Positions 37,446-50,900 of a DNA stretch of 64,000 nt are shown piece after piece. The stretch's first letter is position 1. The number at the start of each line of letters is the position of its first letter. This DNA comes from Callorhinchus milii (lineage: Eukaryota). Position numbers and translations under genes: made by a program. The stretch lies in NCBI RefSeq assembly GCF_018977255.1, contig NW_024704742.1, forward strand, positions 92,816,001 to 92,880,000. The letters run 5' to 3'. The notes beneath the pieces are model-generated. The model made no database searches. It had not been told where the DNA came from and saw only the letters and a list, made by a program, of their open reading frames with translations.

Positions 37446-38089
37446 ATAATTATAAAAATAATCCAAAATAAATTAAAAAATAAAAATAACGACAAAGCGA
37501 TTTTCATGTCAACAGGATATCTCAAAGCTCTTCGCAGGATACACAGTACTGTAAAGTGTAACTTTACACTGTATTTTGTAGGCATAACCTGGTTGTTTGT
37601 GGGACCTTGTTGAAAGCTATACCTGTTTAGAAGCACATGATGTACATCTGTTTACATATGGAGTACAAAACTTACAAAGTATAATTAATAAGCAGACAAC
37701 CGCAAGTGGTTGTTTTTAAATCTCCTAAAGGCTTCATTAGTAAATTATGTTATGAACTGGGATTAACGTGGCAAATGAAGTTGTAACTGCCCACTGATGT
37801 TATTGTTTTTAGAGCCATCTTATGTGGAGGGGTTACGAACAATTAGGCTTTTTAATGGAAAATCCATTAAAAACAATCAGCTAACTAACATCATCAAACT
37901 GGAGGTGAAGGACTTTCAAATCTTTAAAAATGGTTCAAATTGACACTCAATGTAAGAAATTTCCAAAATTCTGTATTATCTTAATTTTTAATACACTGAA
38001 CTTAAGGCTAAGGCCAGCTAGATTTTGTACCTCTGATAATACCTATTTGTTTTTTACTCTGCTCTGATGGGATCTTTGTTCTTCACGAA

Positions 38090-38400
38090 TTTCGCACAGC
38101 AAAATCAACAAAGCCATGAAGTGAACAACAAGAGTTTTATCTGGAGAGATTGTTGGGCAGGATACCAGAAAAAACTCCATTCTCATTTTACTTGTGCTAT
38201 GGAATCTTTAACGTCCACCTGAACAGGCAGACGAGACCTCAGATTAAGTGCTTCAGCTGAAAGACGGAACCTCCAAAAATGCAACGTTTTCCCAATACTT
38301 CATTGAAATGTTAGCCTGGATTTTGAGCTGAAAGTCCTAACATGGGGCTTAAGCCCACAACGGTTTTATTCAGAGGTGCACGTGAACCATGCTGACACAT
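38090..38400 (-). mobile_element. Degenerate Deu-domain tRNA-SINE
   Basis: gtgctatggaatctttaacgtccacctgaacaggcagacgagacctc is the reverse complement of the Deu core. Confidence 0.85.
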
Positions 38401-40074
38401 GGCAGTATGTAGGTTGTGGTCTCCATATTAAAGTGAAAGTAGGTCTCATACACTGAGCAGTATGCTTTACAATAAGGCTCGTTAATAAGAACAACCACTC
38501 TGTATCTGAATATTTTTTCCTACCCATGTTAGTTAGTGAGCCAGTCCCAGAACTCACTCACTTTATACCTGAATTCAGATTGGGAAAACCAGATATCAAA
38601 CCCTCCAAGACTGAGTCCAAACTTAATTCATCCAAGTTCTCATCTCTTGTGATCAGGCTGTTTCTGTATTCTCTCTTTGTTACGTAGTTTCCACTGTTTT
38701 TTTTACATGAATGGTGCTATGCAAATGTAAATTGTATGCAGCCTAGAATCATTGAAACAGATCCTCTCTGCATTTCATGAACCTTGCATGCCTATTTCAT
38801 AGGGAAAGTGCTTGTTACTTGTCAGTATGCTTGCTGATGCTTGTGATTAGCATTGATTGTGTGAAGTCCTCTTGTTTGTAACAATAATCCTACATGAGAT
38901 AAATATCCTTTTCATAAATACACTGACAGTAATACTATTAATGCTCAACTCCAGGTAGCAAAGAACATGATGCAGTTCTGCATATTGTTCCCATGTGGAG
39001 GTTTGACTGGCATTGCATTTGATGGTTAAGAGCTTGACATGGTAAAAGTCGGCAGAGAGATAAGCTCTTAACATTGGAATTTAGCAACCTGCCTGACGTT
39101 ACAATAACTGAGGGGAGGGGAGAAGGAATGAAGGAAGAATATCAGACAAGTGTCAGTTTTAAGCTTTATTTTTTACAGTATAAATGACTCTTCAGTTTTT
39201 ATTTTACTGCATAATGTTGTCCATTGTGCTTAATTATTTCTGCTAATCTGTAGTAGTAAAATACAGTGCTTATAACAAATTGAAAATCTCAAATTTCTTT
39301 GTGAATATTTACTATCAAGGGTAGTGACTGTGTATGTGTTTACGAACATGTAGCCAATTTGAGCCTAGCAGTGCCCCTCAAACAGCCATGAAGTGAATAA
39401 CCAATTCATCTGGAGGATTGTTGACCGGAACAGAAGGAGAGCACAGTATGCATTATCTCCTCTAAAAACAAAGAAGGCAAATATCCAATTTGTGTTTGGG
39501 TTAAATCACCACAGACACCATTGAATATGTAAAATAAAAATTGTTGCATTTGATATAACCCCTTTCACGTCACAACGACGTCTCAAAGGGCTTCACACAA
39601 TTTACTGTAAATCGTTGTGACTGCATTTTGTAATTTCTGCACAACAGTATCTCAAATATACAACTAAAGTGAAAGTTTACCCCTCCACACACACATACAA
39701 TTGCACATAAAAAATCTGACCTCAAACATAAACTATTGAATGCCCCAATGACAATTGATTTGTAACTTGCTTCTGGGAAAGATTCCATTCATCTATGAAG
39801 AATTCATGGAGTGGAGTGCTTTTAATCTTTTTAATTCATTTAAATGTCACAGCTGTGAAGTAACACTCGCATTCATTTGGCTTTGGAAATTAATGAGCAG
39901 GACAATATTTTCCAGACCCTTTCATCACATGGTGGAAGCATAAAGCTGTTGCTGAGTTTTCATCTGTTTATTATTTTATGCTCTGTTTTGGGCGCCTTTT
40001 CTCCTTTCCCCATTTCTACTGTTTTTTTCCTAAACGCTGTGACTCGTGGCCAAGCTGGCACACTACAAGTGGCG

Positions 40075-40387
40075 AGAGCCTTCCAATACCTCGCCTGACC
40101 GATCGTTACAGCTGAGGTTGATCCTGACTTTCTGCTTCTCTGCTCCCACCCTTTGGAACTCTATCCCACAGTCCCTTCACCTTGCTCCCTCCCTTGCCTT
40201 CTTCAAGATCCGTCTCAAGATCCTCCTCTTTGATGGTGCTATCGGTCACCCTCCTACCCCTACCTCCCTGCTTCGCACCCCTCCTAAACTCAAACCCCAG
40301 CTTGGGTCCAAATCCCTGACTGTCCAGCTCCTTGGGACGTCCTCCTGGTGTGAAGGGTGCTATACAAATGTAATTTGTTGTTGTTGG
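40075..40387 (+). mobile_element. L2 3' fragment with tail
   Basis: FCFSAPTLWNSIPQSLHLAPSLAFFKIRLKILLFD, then ttgggacgtcctcctggtgtgaagggtgctatacaaatgtaatttgttgttgttg. Confidence 0.9.
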
Positions 40388-42288
40388 ATATATTTATCTC
40401 CAGATTTTGGGGATGCTTTGATCAGAAGTAGTGATTGCCCCGTCTTCCTCTTTTGTACCACATTCACTGAGTCATTGAGAGATCTCACCATATGGCCTCT
40501 GGTAACTGGGAGTATGCCAGGCCAACCAGCAGCAGCTCTGCTGCTACTGTTGTCTACTTCCAGAGCAAAGTTCCTGTCAGTCAACATGATGTACTTCAAG
40601 TTACCGGAAGGAGTCCCCATTTTGATGTTATCCGGAATCTCATTACGAATCACCACCACCAGCAACAACAAATTGCCTTTTTATAGTGTTTTTCGCATCA
40701 GGAGGTTGTCCCAAGGTGCTGAAGGTTGTCGCAAGACACTACGCTATAAACCTGAATTCTTTTTTAAAAGCTTTTTTTCTTCCCATTTCTTGAGTTTCCT
40801 GATTGGTCAAGAGCATAGGTAGACAACTGGGTCCGAAATGACACTGAGAAGTGGGTAAGAGCAGGACACGTATAAAGCATTTATTACACAACGAGGTGCT
40901 CTAACTACTAGGTTAATAGAGTATGTTAATATAGACTGGGGGTGGGGGGTGGAGATGCAGTCTGGAGAGCTGGAATTTCCAGCTAAGTGGAATTACAATT
41001 ACTGCAGTGGTATTTGCCAGCTTTTTTTGATGTTGGCCTTTCTTCATCGGCAATAAATGCTGGTAAATCCTGGTTCCGGCATTGTAACTGCTTGAATCCC
41101 AAGCAGAAAATAGCAAATAAGATGTCTTCTGATCGCAGGATTCAAACTGAGTCAAAGCTGATATCCCTGGGCACTGAAGGCCAGCGAGCGGGGGCTGTGC
41201 TGGGAGAGGTGGGCTGGCCACAGTCTAACCACTATCCATACACTGGCCTAGGTTAAAAGATGTTTCGCTTTTAGTCCGGCTTTGTATGAATTCCGGATTC
41301 CCGGTGCCTAGTAATATTGTAGATTGTCATTGTTATTGTCAAATTTACTTCTTGATCTGTTCAGATTGTGTGCTTCCCCTCCAATGAGCAAGCATTAACT
41401 CCTAGGGCACTGATGATGTGATAAATCAGCAGCTCCTGTTCTGTTGTATGTCTGTTCTTTATCCCCCACTCGTCTCTGCTTCCCACCCATTAATAAAAGC
41501 CTCAGCATATTGATGTGTCTGCTCCAATTGGCAAGATCAATCTTTAAAGTTCTGACATTGATTGGCAGAAAAACTGGCCTTTGGAGCTAAGAAAAAGAGC
41601 AGAAATAACAGTTTAAAACTTTTTAAAACATTTAGTAACAGGGCATTGAAATTACAGAAGTAAAGAAACTCATGACAACTTTGAAGCCTTATATTGTAAT
41701 ATAATAATAATAATAAACCTTGTACTTGATATAACATCCGTAAAGGCAAAGTATCTCAAAGTGCTTCACATGATTTTCTGTAAAGTCTGTCTTACCCCAT
41801 TGTGATTTTCTATTTCAGTGTCAAGAATGTATGAACTAGAATCCTTAACAAAATGTTTAGCTCTGGCAACACAGAATCCCCTGGAGCTTGCTGACAGCCT
41901 AAGAATTAAATCGTAGCCATATTGCTCCATTGTGCGATAAATTTATCACAGTACCCAGTTACATAGCTAATATCTTATACTAATAAAGATGAAGGGTCTG
42001 TCTGAGTATCTGACAATCACGCAATAACTGATTGACGTACAGACATGATTTGTACCTCATCGGAAAGGTCTTGCAACTGGCAGTGTCATGGGCATATTTT
42101 ATTGTGGGGTGTGATCTCCTATCGTTGATGAGCTATATTAAATGCTTTATTGAAACCCCCAAATATGAGGCATGCATCGTATTCTGCAACTACATAGCGA
42201 CAGAGGAAAGCACACCATCCATACATCTATATTCTGTAACAAATGTATGACACTTTTTCTGGTTGTCATGGGAGCTATGTGGGACAAA

Positions 42289-42605
42289 CAGAGAGACTGA
42301 GAGAGATAGACTGAGATCGTGAGAGAGACAGAGAGAGAGTGGAAGAGAGAGACTGAGAGAGAGGGAGATTGTGAGAGAGAAAAGCGTGTTGACTGCGTGT
42401 TTTGTGAGAGAGACCGAGAAAGACTGAGAGAGAGCCTAAGAGAGAGAGCCTGAGCGAGAGAGAGACTGAGCTAGTGAGAGAGGCCAAGAGAGTGAGAGAG
42501 ATTGTGAGAAAGAAAGATTGAGAAAGAGAGACTGAGAGAGAAACTAAGAGAGACTGAGATAGTGTGTGAGAGAGAGAGAGGGAGACTGGGAGAGAGAGGA
42601 CAGAG
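42289..42605. repeat. GA-rich low-complexity/compound microsatellite
   Basis: Repeated gagagact / gagagaga units. Confidence 0.9.
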
Positions 42606-43109
42606 GAAATATATTAAAGGAGTCCTCCCAAAAGGAGTCCTCCCACAGAGTCCTCCCAACTGAGTATAGATAAAGATGAAATGTCTGTCTGTGTGTGAAT
42701 CTATACATCTATATTCCATATTGAATTCTTTGGTTGCAAGCGAAGCTGTAATGGATAGAGATAGTCATAAATAACAGAGTAAGATCATTTTGGCACCAAT
42801 ATTCAAAATGTATAACTTTTCAGTAGTAGATTCTGTTAAGGGACTACAAGAGGCCATTAGAATTTTTAGAAAGTGCATTAATCTAAGAGGATTACTTCAA
42901 GTGCGCAGTAAAGTTTGCCATTTACCCTTGACACAACCTTGGTACACTGCCATAGATCCCTAGAACAATGTCTTTCAGAGCCATACAGAAAAGAGCATTA
43001 TAAAGAGGTCTGAAGTTAAACCGTCAAGAATCTCCAGTGAGTCATTCATGACTCACCCAGTAATTCTATAATTGAGTAATCTCTGTATTTCTAGAGAACA
43101 GATTGTAAA

Positions 43110-43480
43110 ATTCATGACCGACAACTCTCTTTATAATGACTGTAATTCCAGGAGATTCATATGCATTAGATACAGAACCCTATAAATGAGGCAAGGTGTA
43201 TATCTAAAATGTTTTTTTAAAAATGCGGGTGACAGAGGTTACAATTAGTATATTGGTAAGTGATTTATGGATTAATTCTGGGAAAGTTATAGGAAGGGTA
43301 TGTAATACAGAGGATGTTTTATGAGGATTCTCTATTAATGGTGATGATGGTTTAAGTTTGATACATCGAGTGATGATGTGTCAAAACTCATGGTATGTCA
43401 GAGTATACATATTGAATAACAATGAATGGGAGTGAATGTACTTCAGAGAGCGGGTAGATAAGCTACTGTATTTAAACGGC
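43110..43480 (+). mobile_element. Highly degenerate CR1 RT fragment
   Basis: Remnants of ...WI.SG..IGR..., DDVSKL and VLQRAGR-like segments colinear with the CR1 at 500-720. Confidence 0.4.
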
Positions 43481-43799
43481 ACAGTCTTTATGGAAAGTGC
43501 TTAGTAAATGTTGTTTGTTTGTTGCCAAGCCCTCAGATGCAATAACGCAATCTCAGTCAAACACGTCATTGCACCATGAAAATGTCATTGCGGCAAAAAT
43601 AATGTGAGGCTTTTCGACATCCTCTGGATGATGGCTCTCCAAATCCATGGAGTGTCAACCAACCAACACTGCAGTGCCGAACAGATGGTTGTGGGAAAAT
43701 GGTGTTTTGCTCTCTGATCTTTTTTCCTGTTCTTTGGCAGCTTTTAGAAATCTCAATTATCACGTATTACGTGAGTTAAATTACAGCCATAATTAACAC

Positions 43800-44070
43800 A
43801 TCCTATCTTTTGGGTGAGACGTTAAACCAGGTTCCTTCTGCCTGTTCAGGTGGACATTAAAGATTATGTAGCAAAGGTTACTGAGTTTCTCCCAGTATCC
43901 TGGCCAATAATCCCCCAGACAAACTTGGTCATCCACCTCAGGGCTGTTTGTGGGTCATTGCTATGTGCAAATTGCTGCATTTGCCTACAAGTACAGTCAC
44001 AGTTGCTGTGAAGTGCTTTGATTTTGATGACACGATAAGGTGCTACATCAAATGCAGGTTTTTTTTTTGT
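43800..44070 (+). mobile_element. Deu-domain SINE 3' two-thirds
   Basis: gggtgagacgttaaaccaggttcc...ttcaggtggacattaaagat...gataaggtgctacatcaaatgcagg. Confidence 0.88.
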
Positions 44071-44649
44071 TATTCCAGCCCCTGCGTAAATATCACAAGT
44101 TAGACGCTAGAGGTTAGTTTCATTCATTGCACATAAATAACTTTTGAAAGTTGATGGCAACATCAAGATCACTACAGGAGGAGGAAGAGCTGAGGCCTGG
44201 AGCAGAAACTCCCTCATTAATCTTGCTGAAAGCAATCATTTCATCCAAAAGTTCTGCACATTATGAATTCTAACTCTATTGGATAGCGGTCGGGTTACAG
44301 CTAGGAATGCTATGGTGGTGCTGAGCCACTGCAGTGGGAGAGACAACAATTCACAATGCTGTATTGATTTTCTGATCATAACTAAAGCTGTCTTCGTATC
44401 TTTAAGCAACAGTTATTATCTGACTAAAATGAGACTCTTGGCTCATGCAGCTTAATTCAATGGTTTCTCCATAGTTTTGCAGTATTTCTGAAAGACTTTG
44501 ACAGTTCACAGGACCTCTGTTACAGAAGTCGTTACCATCAGATTGTTGTTCCCACAGGTTACCATTACATACTTCTGGTTACTGGATGCAGCCACCATTT
44601 TTGCAAATGAGGTTTCTTGTTATGCACCATCAGTAGATTTGGACGACCT

Positions 44650-45295
44650 AGAGTTGCAAAGACCTAGAGTTGCAAAGGGCAATTTCAGAAGAGACACCAC
44701 AGGAAGTTTTTCTTTACCCATGGGGTATTGACAGCTGGAACAAGTTGTCAGAAAGAGTGGTTAAGACAACAACAACAAATTACACTTGTATAGCGCACTT
44801 CACGTTGGAAAGACGTCCCAGGGTGCCGGACAATCAGGTGTTTTGGACCCAAGCTGGGAGTTGGGGTCAGAAGGAGAGGAGAGCAGGGGGTTGGGGATGG
44901 GGGTAAGGGTGGCCGAAGCCACGATCCAAATGGGACTTAAAGGAGGCAAAAGAGGGGGTGAGGGGGAGGGATTATGGGATAGAGTTCCAGAATGTGGAGG
45001 CAGAGATGCTGAATGCCCGACCGACAATGGTGGAGCAGAAAGTGCGGGGGATCTGACGCAAATGTCCGCCAAGCAGAGGGAGCAGACAGGCTGAATTGGG
45101 GTTATGAGGTCAGAGAGGTAGGGGGGAGCAAGACCGCGGAGGACCTTGAAGGTAAGTCCAGTGTCCTGGTTAAGGCCAGGATACTGGACTTATTTTTAAA
45201 AAAACAGCTTGATGCTGTGATGGAAAGATGGGTATTTTGGAGGGATGAGATCAAATTTGCTAAAGGCCCTTCTTAATCCAAACCGATCTTGTGAT
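44650..45295. mobile_element. CR1 3' fragment (+ strand) interrupted by an L2 3' fragment (- strand, about 44766-45150)
   Basis: CR1 reads ...gtcagaaagagtggttaag, then L2 (caacaacaac...cacgttggaaagacgtcccaggg), then CR1 resumes with ggttaaggccaggatactggac. Flanks are homologous to 47100-47310. Confidence 0.85.
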
Positions 45296-46809
45296 GGAAT
45301 CCAATGAAGACATACTGTAATTAGATACGAATATCTTCATTAAAAAGTTCCAAGTTACTTTGTTTTTCTTTCTTCTTGTTTTTGATTTCCTTGCTGGTTT
45401 ATTCTTTCTCTCTCTCTCTCTCTTGCTCTGGTGTTGTTGGATACCTTTCCCTCTCTTGTTTTGTCCCAGCCACTGGGTGAATGACGTTAAATTGGAACCA
45501 GGTTTTAGTGGAAATGTGATATTGCACTATTTTGACTGCATATCTAAGAGTCTTTCTCCTTGGTATGTAAATTCATCTGACCCACTTGAACCAAACCTCT
45601 ACAAACATGAAATTAATCAGATCATCCATTTTTTGAAAACAAGCTTGGCAGCCATTTTACAGCTTGTGAAATAGGAACATAAGAATGTGCGACAGCAGAA
45701 AAATCAATTACCATCCTTCTGATGAGACCCAAAAAGTGACAAAACAAATATGGTTACTTGAGCTTTCTCATGCCTCAAAAGCCCATGAAAAAGAGATAAA
45801 GGATAAAGTTTGCAATGTTTCAAAGTGTTATGGGGGAGAAATTCCACCTGGGTAGATATATTTATGTTTCATTTGGCAAACCATTGAATTCAGACTTAAA
45901 TTTTATATCTTTTTTCTCTCGTTCTTAGAAGAACTCACAGAAAATCAGGTTCAAAATTAAAGCTGTCTTTCAGAATTTGCTAAGATGTTTCTGGATATTT
46001 GGAACTGCTACATAAATTGTGTAAATCTCAACCCGAGTGGACTCATATATGTGTTTAACTTCTCCAGTATAAAGACCATTAGTTGGAGTGCTCCCTATTC
46101 GAGGAATTGGTCTCTTCCTTTCAGAGCTAGATTGCTGCCATCTTTTATTCTCCCTTTAGGCAATATGAGTTTTATTGTAAATCCAAGATCTTAGAGGATA
46201 TTTGAACTAATAGTTGGACCCTGTTCAGTGCGGGATCTCATTTTATGGACCTAAACCATCATGTCATAATGGCGTAACTAGGTTAGTAGATCCTCTAGGT
46301 TGCACGTTATAGTGCACCCAGATCAGGACTTCTGGATCATCAGATGGCCGATGGTATCATCTCTGACGTCATTGAGATGTGCCTGCACAGTGCACAGAAA
46401 GTCAAGCGGGCGGCAGTCACTGCTCTAGGGAGCATTTCCAATGGTTGTTGGGAATACTGGAGACACTAGGAACCTGACATACACTAGAAGAAACCCATCT
46501 CACTCCCACTGCTGACTGCTTTGCAAGTGCTGCACTGCCTGTGCATTTTACTGGCCATTGAGCACCAGGAGACGGTACTGTTCCACACATATCGTATACA
46601 GCAGTTCCACAGAGCACTTGTTTTGGATTCATACTTGCTGCAGTGTGCCGAAGTGCAGGGTTACTCTGTACTTTGTTGATCTGCCAAGGAGGGTTGAAAA
46701 CCGCACTCTACTCAGCCCAGGAATAATTTTCTACCAATCAGCAGACTAGGTTTTCTTGTGCATGAGCTGAAGGAACATGTCTCTGTCTGGTTAGCTCTCT
46801 GGTCAGACC

Positions 46810-47315
46810 GCAGCTTGAATTTTGTATATATTTCTGGTCACCTCAACATAAGAGGGGCTGATCAGACTCTTGAGGCATGCAGAGGAGAGCAACAAGGATT
46901 ATCCCCAGTGTTAGTATTAGAAGAATGAGCTGTGAGCAATGACTAGACAATCTAGGATTCTTCAGTCTTGAGAGAAGTCGACTCAGAGGGGATCTCATAG
47001 AGGTATACAACATTTTAAAAGGGATTGTAAAAGTAAACCCAAATTAATACTTTAGGATGCATCAAGACAGTAGAACAAGAGGACATTGTTTTAGAATTGT
47101 AAAGGGCAACTTTACCATAAAGTGTTTCTTTATGCAGAGGATAAACAATGATTGGAACAGATTGCCAGGAAAGGTGGTAGAGGCCAGGACACTAGACTCA
47201 TTTAAGAAGCAGTTTGATGCAATGATGGGGGAAACAGTAGGGTGGGTGTTCTGGAGAGATGAGATCGGATAGGCTGAAGGGCCTTCTTCATCCAAACCAA
47301 TCTTGTAATTGTGCG
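46810..47315 (+). mobile_element. CR1 LINE 3' fragment (second subfamily)
   Basis: LGFFSLERSRLRGDLIEVYNILKGI, SRTRGH, WNRLPGKVVEA; distinct 3'UTR ending ccaaaccaatcttgtaattgtg. Confidence 0.9.
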
Positions 47316-48744
47316 ATTTTGTATTTTGCAGAAAAATACTTCTTCTGTCTCCTCTACTGTTATTTAATATTGCAGCGTCAGCAGGATTTACAATCTGAAG
47401 AAAGCTGTGCCGTTTTCATTGATTTTAAAAAGCTAAATAAAAATAACCAAAAAGACATGTACGCAGATTATCATTGATGTACCACAGTTCCAGGGATCCA
47501 TAGAGTTACTGTGAAAGCATTGTTTTATTGAAGTATACACAATGGTAGAGACCAATAAAAAATGTGAAACAGTTGTAGTATTTTTGCCACTATTTTAACA
47601 AGCAAGAGTCAATAGTCGCTATTTGAAATAGAGTCTTCCCAATTCAGAAAGTGGAGAGGATACTTTTTGCATTTTTTAAAGTAGATCTGGCTAATTGGAG
47701 TCACTGCAGGTAGTTATCAGCAGAGGAGATAGTCATCATTAGTCTAAGCTTCGAGGCTGCTTCAGCCCCCTCCAGGTCAACGTCCTCACTGGGCCCAGTT
47801 ATTAACTGTAAGTGAGCGCGACTGCCTGTTCACATGGGCACAGCCGGAGACACTTTCTGTCTGTTGGGAAGGGAAAAAAGTATATATTAACTCTGCAAGC
47901 ACCACAGACTTTTACTTTTGGTGTTAGATCATGTGCGTTTCATGCATATAACCACTCTTTTCTATTGTTTATTCTAAGTGTAGAGAATTAATCTGTTACA
48001 TCCTAGATGCTGGTGCATTAAGAGCTCAGCAGTAGAAAGGATTTCAAAGTTTGATTTCAGAGGATATTCTAACAATGCTCTTCAGCCAGTTATGTTCAAG
48101 AATATAGTTTACAATTAAAGCTTCTCCATGCAGGCCAGATCTCTCCTACACTAAAACTACTGAAGCTTTGGGCAACCTCTCCTGACCTACCATTGCTCAT
48201 GGATCATGTCTGTTTTACTTTCCCCGTTAGCCTTTGTGTGGTAGAATAATAATTTCATTGGCATATTTTCAGAGCTCTTGTTTATGAGTTTCCAGAATTA
48301 CCACTCTACGGTTGCCTTTCCATCAGGTAGAAACAACAGCAGCAACAACTTGTATTAATATGGAGCCCTTCAGTAGGATAATGCCTTGGAGTGCTTTACA
48401 AAGATGGGGCTGAACATTGAGTAGAGGAGGGGGAAGGGTAGGGGAAGGAGATAACTGTGCTTATTGACCTTTATGGCCACTACCTATTTATAAAAAGGAA
48501 GTTCTCTCTTCATGCATATGGATTGAGTCATGTCTTCAGTTAGCAGGATTCCAGAGGCCCGAATTAACAGCTAGTTACATAAAATAAAATGACTGATATC
48601 GCATGGACAGGGCCATTTGGTCCAAATGGTCCGTGTTGGTGTTGATACTCCACACGAGCCCCCACCCATATCCTCACCTATACCTTTCTCCCTCATGTGT
48701 GCGTTTATCTAAGTTATCATTAGTCTAAGAGCTTCTAAGACTAT

Positions 48745-48962
48745 TCTAAAAGAGAAGGGAGTTTCTCCCAGTGTCGTGGCCAACAAGCCCCCAAATAAAA
48801 TTGGTCACTCATTTCACGGCTATTTGTGGGACATTGCTATATGCAAATTGACCTACAATTGCACAGTCATGCCACTCACTTCAAGGTAAATTCTGTGAAG
48901 CAGTTTGAGATATCTTCCCGACGTGAAAAGCACTCTACCAAATGCAAGAGTTATTATTATAA
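48745..48962 (+). mobile_element. SINE 3' half
   Basis: gagaagggagtttctcccagtgtc...cttcccgacgtgaaaagcac...aaatgcaagagttattatt. Confidence 0.85.
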
Positions 48963-49336
48963 AGACCCTCTCACCCACTTCAAAACAATGGCAGGCCCCA
49001 AAACTACTTCCAGGATTTCAGCACTTCTATTGTAGTTGAAGAGCGAGTGGAAATAAACCACAACAAATACTAATTATGCAGAGCTTTTAAAGACACAAAT
49101 ATAACTAACTATAGTTTGAGGTGCCATCACAAACGCCACCAAGATTTGTAAAGCGAGGATGTAATGCTCTCAACTACTTAATTAAGCTTTGTAAATTTAC
49201 TGACAACTGGAGAATTAGCCCCTAGTTTAACAAATGTATGGGGCACAGTTGGTAATTTTTTATGAAGGCTTAACAAAATAAATTACATGGGCAAGGTCAA
49301 ACAGCTTTACACTTTTGCACTTGTGTATAGATGTTG

Positions 49337-49535
49337 AATAATCCCTCCAAAACCAAAAACAATAATAAATTGGTCATTTTCAATCTACGACTGTTTGTGG
49401 GACATTGCTGTGCGCAATTGGCTGCCGCGTTCGCCCACAAATATACAATCAATTCACTTTACAGTGAAGCGCTTTGGGACGTCCTCCTGACGTGAAAAGC
49501 GCTATATCAAATGCAAGGATTATTATATTATTATT
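49337..49535 (+). mobile_element. Young SINE subfamily A, 5'-truncated
   Basis: Near-identical to 63333-63541. Confidence 0.95.
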
Positions 49536-49904
49536 GAATGCCCTCTTCCCTGTTGAGCACGTTAAGTTTTTTTTAATAATTTATCTCTATGACTCCGCTG
49601 TATGCACACCTGTCCTCTAAATCTGTGTTCGTAGGTTATTTACCACGTCAGATGCAGGGAGTTGAGTCACCAGGCTCCTGCTGAGTCAGACCTCCTTATG
49701 GCAAATGTCTCTCAAAGTGCGCAGCAGTATAAAAATAAGAATCCCAAATCAGCATCCACATTGACAGCTTGATGAAATACGATGTTTAAAAAAAGCACAG
49801 TTAAGAACTTTATGAAAAGGAAAAGTCTTTCATTTTTCAAATGTATCACAAGATGACAAGAGAGGTTTGGGTGAAGAAAGCCGTTCGGCCCAATCTGATC
49901 TCAT

Positions 49905-50212
49905 CCTATCCCTCGAATGAGACATTAAACCAAGTTCCTGTCTGCTTGTTCAGATGGATGTTAAAGATTCCATGGCACTATTTGAAAATAAAGGGAAGTT
50001 TCTCCACATCTCCTGGTCAACAAATCCCCCAAAATAAAATTGTTCACGTGACTGTTTGTGGGACACTGTGCGCAAATTGACTGCTGAGTGCGCCCACAAA
50101 ATACACAGTGAATCCACTTTACAGTGCATCCTGTGAAACTCTTTGAGAAATCTTGATGACGTGATAAGGCGCTATATCAAATTGAAGGATTATTATTATT
50201 ATTTATTATTAT
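49905..50212 (+). mobile_element. Deu-domain SINE 3' two-thirds
   Basis: gaatgagacattaaaccaagttcc...gatgttaaagattccatggcactatttg...(ATT)n tail. Confidence 0.9.
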
Positions 50213-50224
50213 TTTTCCTTCAGA

Positions 50225-50900
50225 ATATCCACCCTACCATCTTCTAGCACAGCATCAAGCTGTTTTATTAAATGAATCCAGAGTCCTGGCCTCAATCACC
50301 CTTCCTAGCAATCTGTTCCAGTTATTAATTATGCTCTGTGAAAAGAAAATTTCCTGGTATCTGTTCTGAAATTGCCCTTTGCAATTCTACTGAAGTATTG
50401 TTCTGGGTTCAGTTGTTCAATCCCATTTAAAATCTTGTAGACTATAAGGTTCTTTCTGAGACATCTCCTTTCAAATCTGAAGAGCTCTAGGTGTCTAGTT
50501 GTTGTTCATAGCTCATTTCTCTAACACTAGGGATCATCATCATTGCATCTCACTGATCTATGGTTTGGTCAGCCCATTAAGTCAAGGTGACTAGAATAGT
50601 GCGAACTGACCAGCGGACTGTATAACTTGAGTATGATATCTGAGGATCTGAACGCAACTGATTTGGCAATATAACCCAGCATCCATTGTTTATTGCTGCC
50701 TTGTGCTGTTTTGACATGGTGAGCTACAAGTCAACTAACAACCCAAGATCTCTTTCAATTTTCCCCATCGCAAATTTTATCCCATCCACGGAGTACACCT
50801 ATTCCTACTTCCTGCATGAAATGCCTTGTATTTATCTGTATATCATTGAAATCCACATCCACATTCATCTTTCTTTCTCAAAATGTTAATGTATTATTTG
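50225..50900 (-). mobile_element. CR1 LINE 3' fragment (second subfamily)
   Basis: Reverse complement is homologous to 46810-47250 (gagtcctggcctcaatcacccttcctagcaatctgttcca; ctctaacactagggat). Confidence 0.85.

Noticed and set aside
40046..40822. 258-aa ORF
   Set aside because: A chimera of an L2 3' end, unique sequence and an antisense L2 tail. No coherent protein, and the start is not ATG.
44520..44552. Short resemblance (aagtcgttaccatc) to recalled LF-SINE sequence
   Set aside because: Only about 14 bp with no flanking colinearity, so it may be chance.
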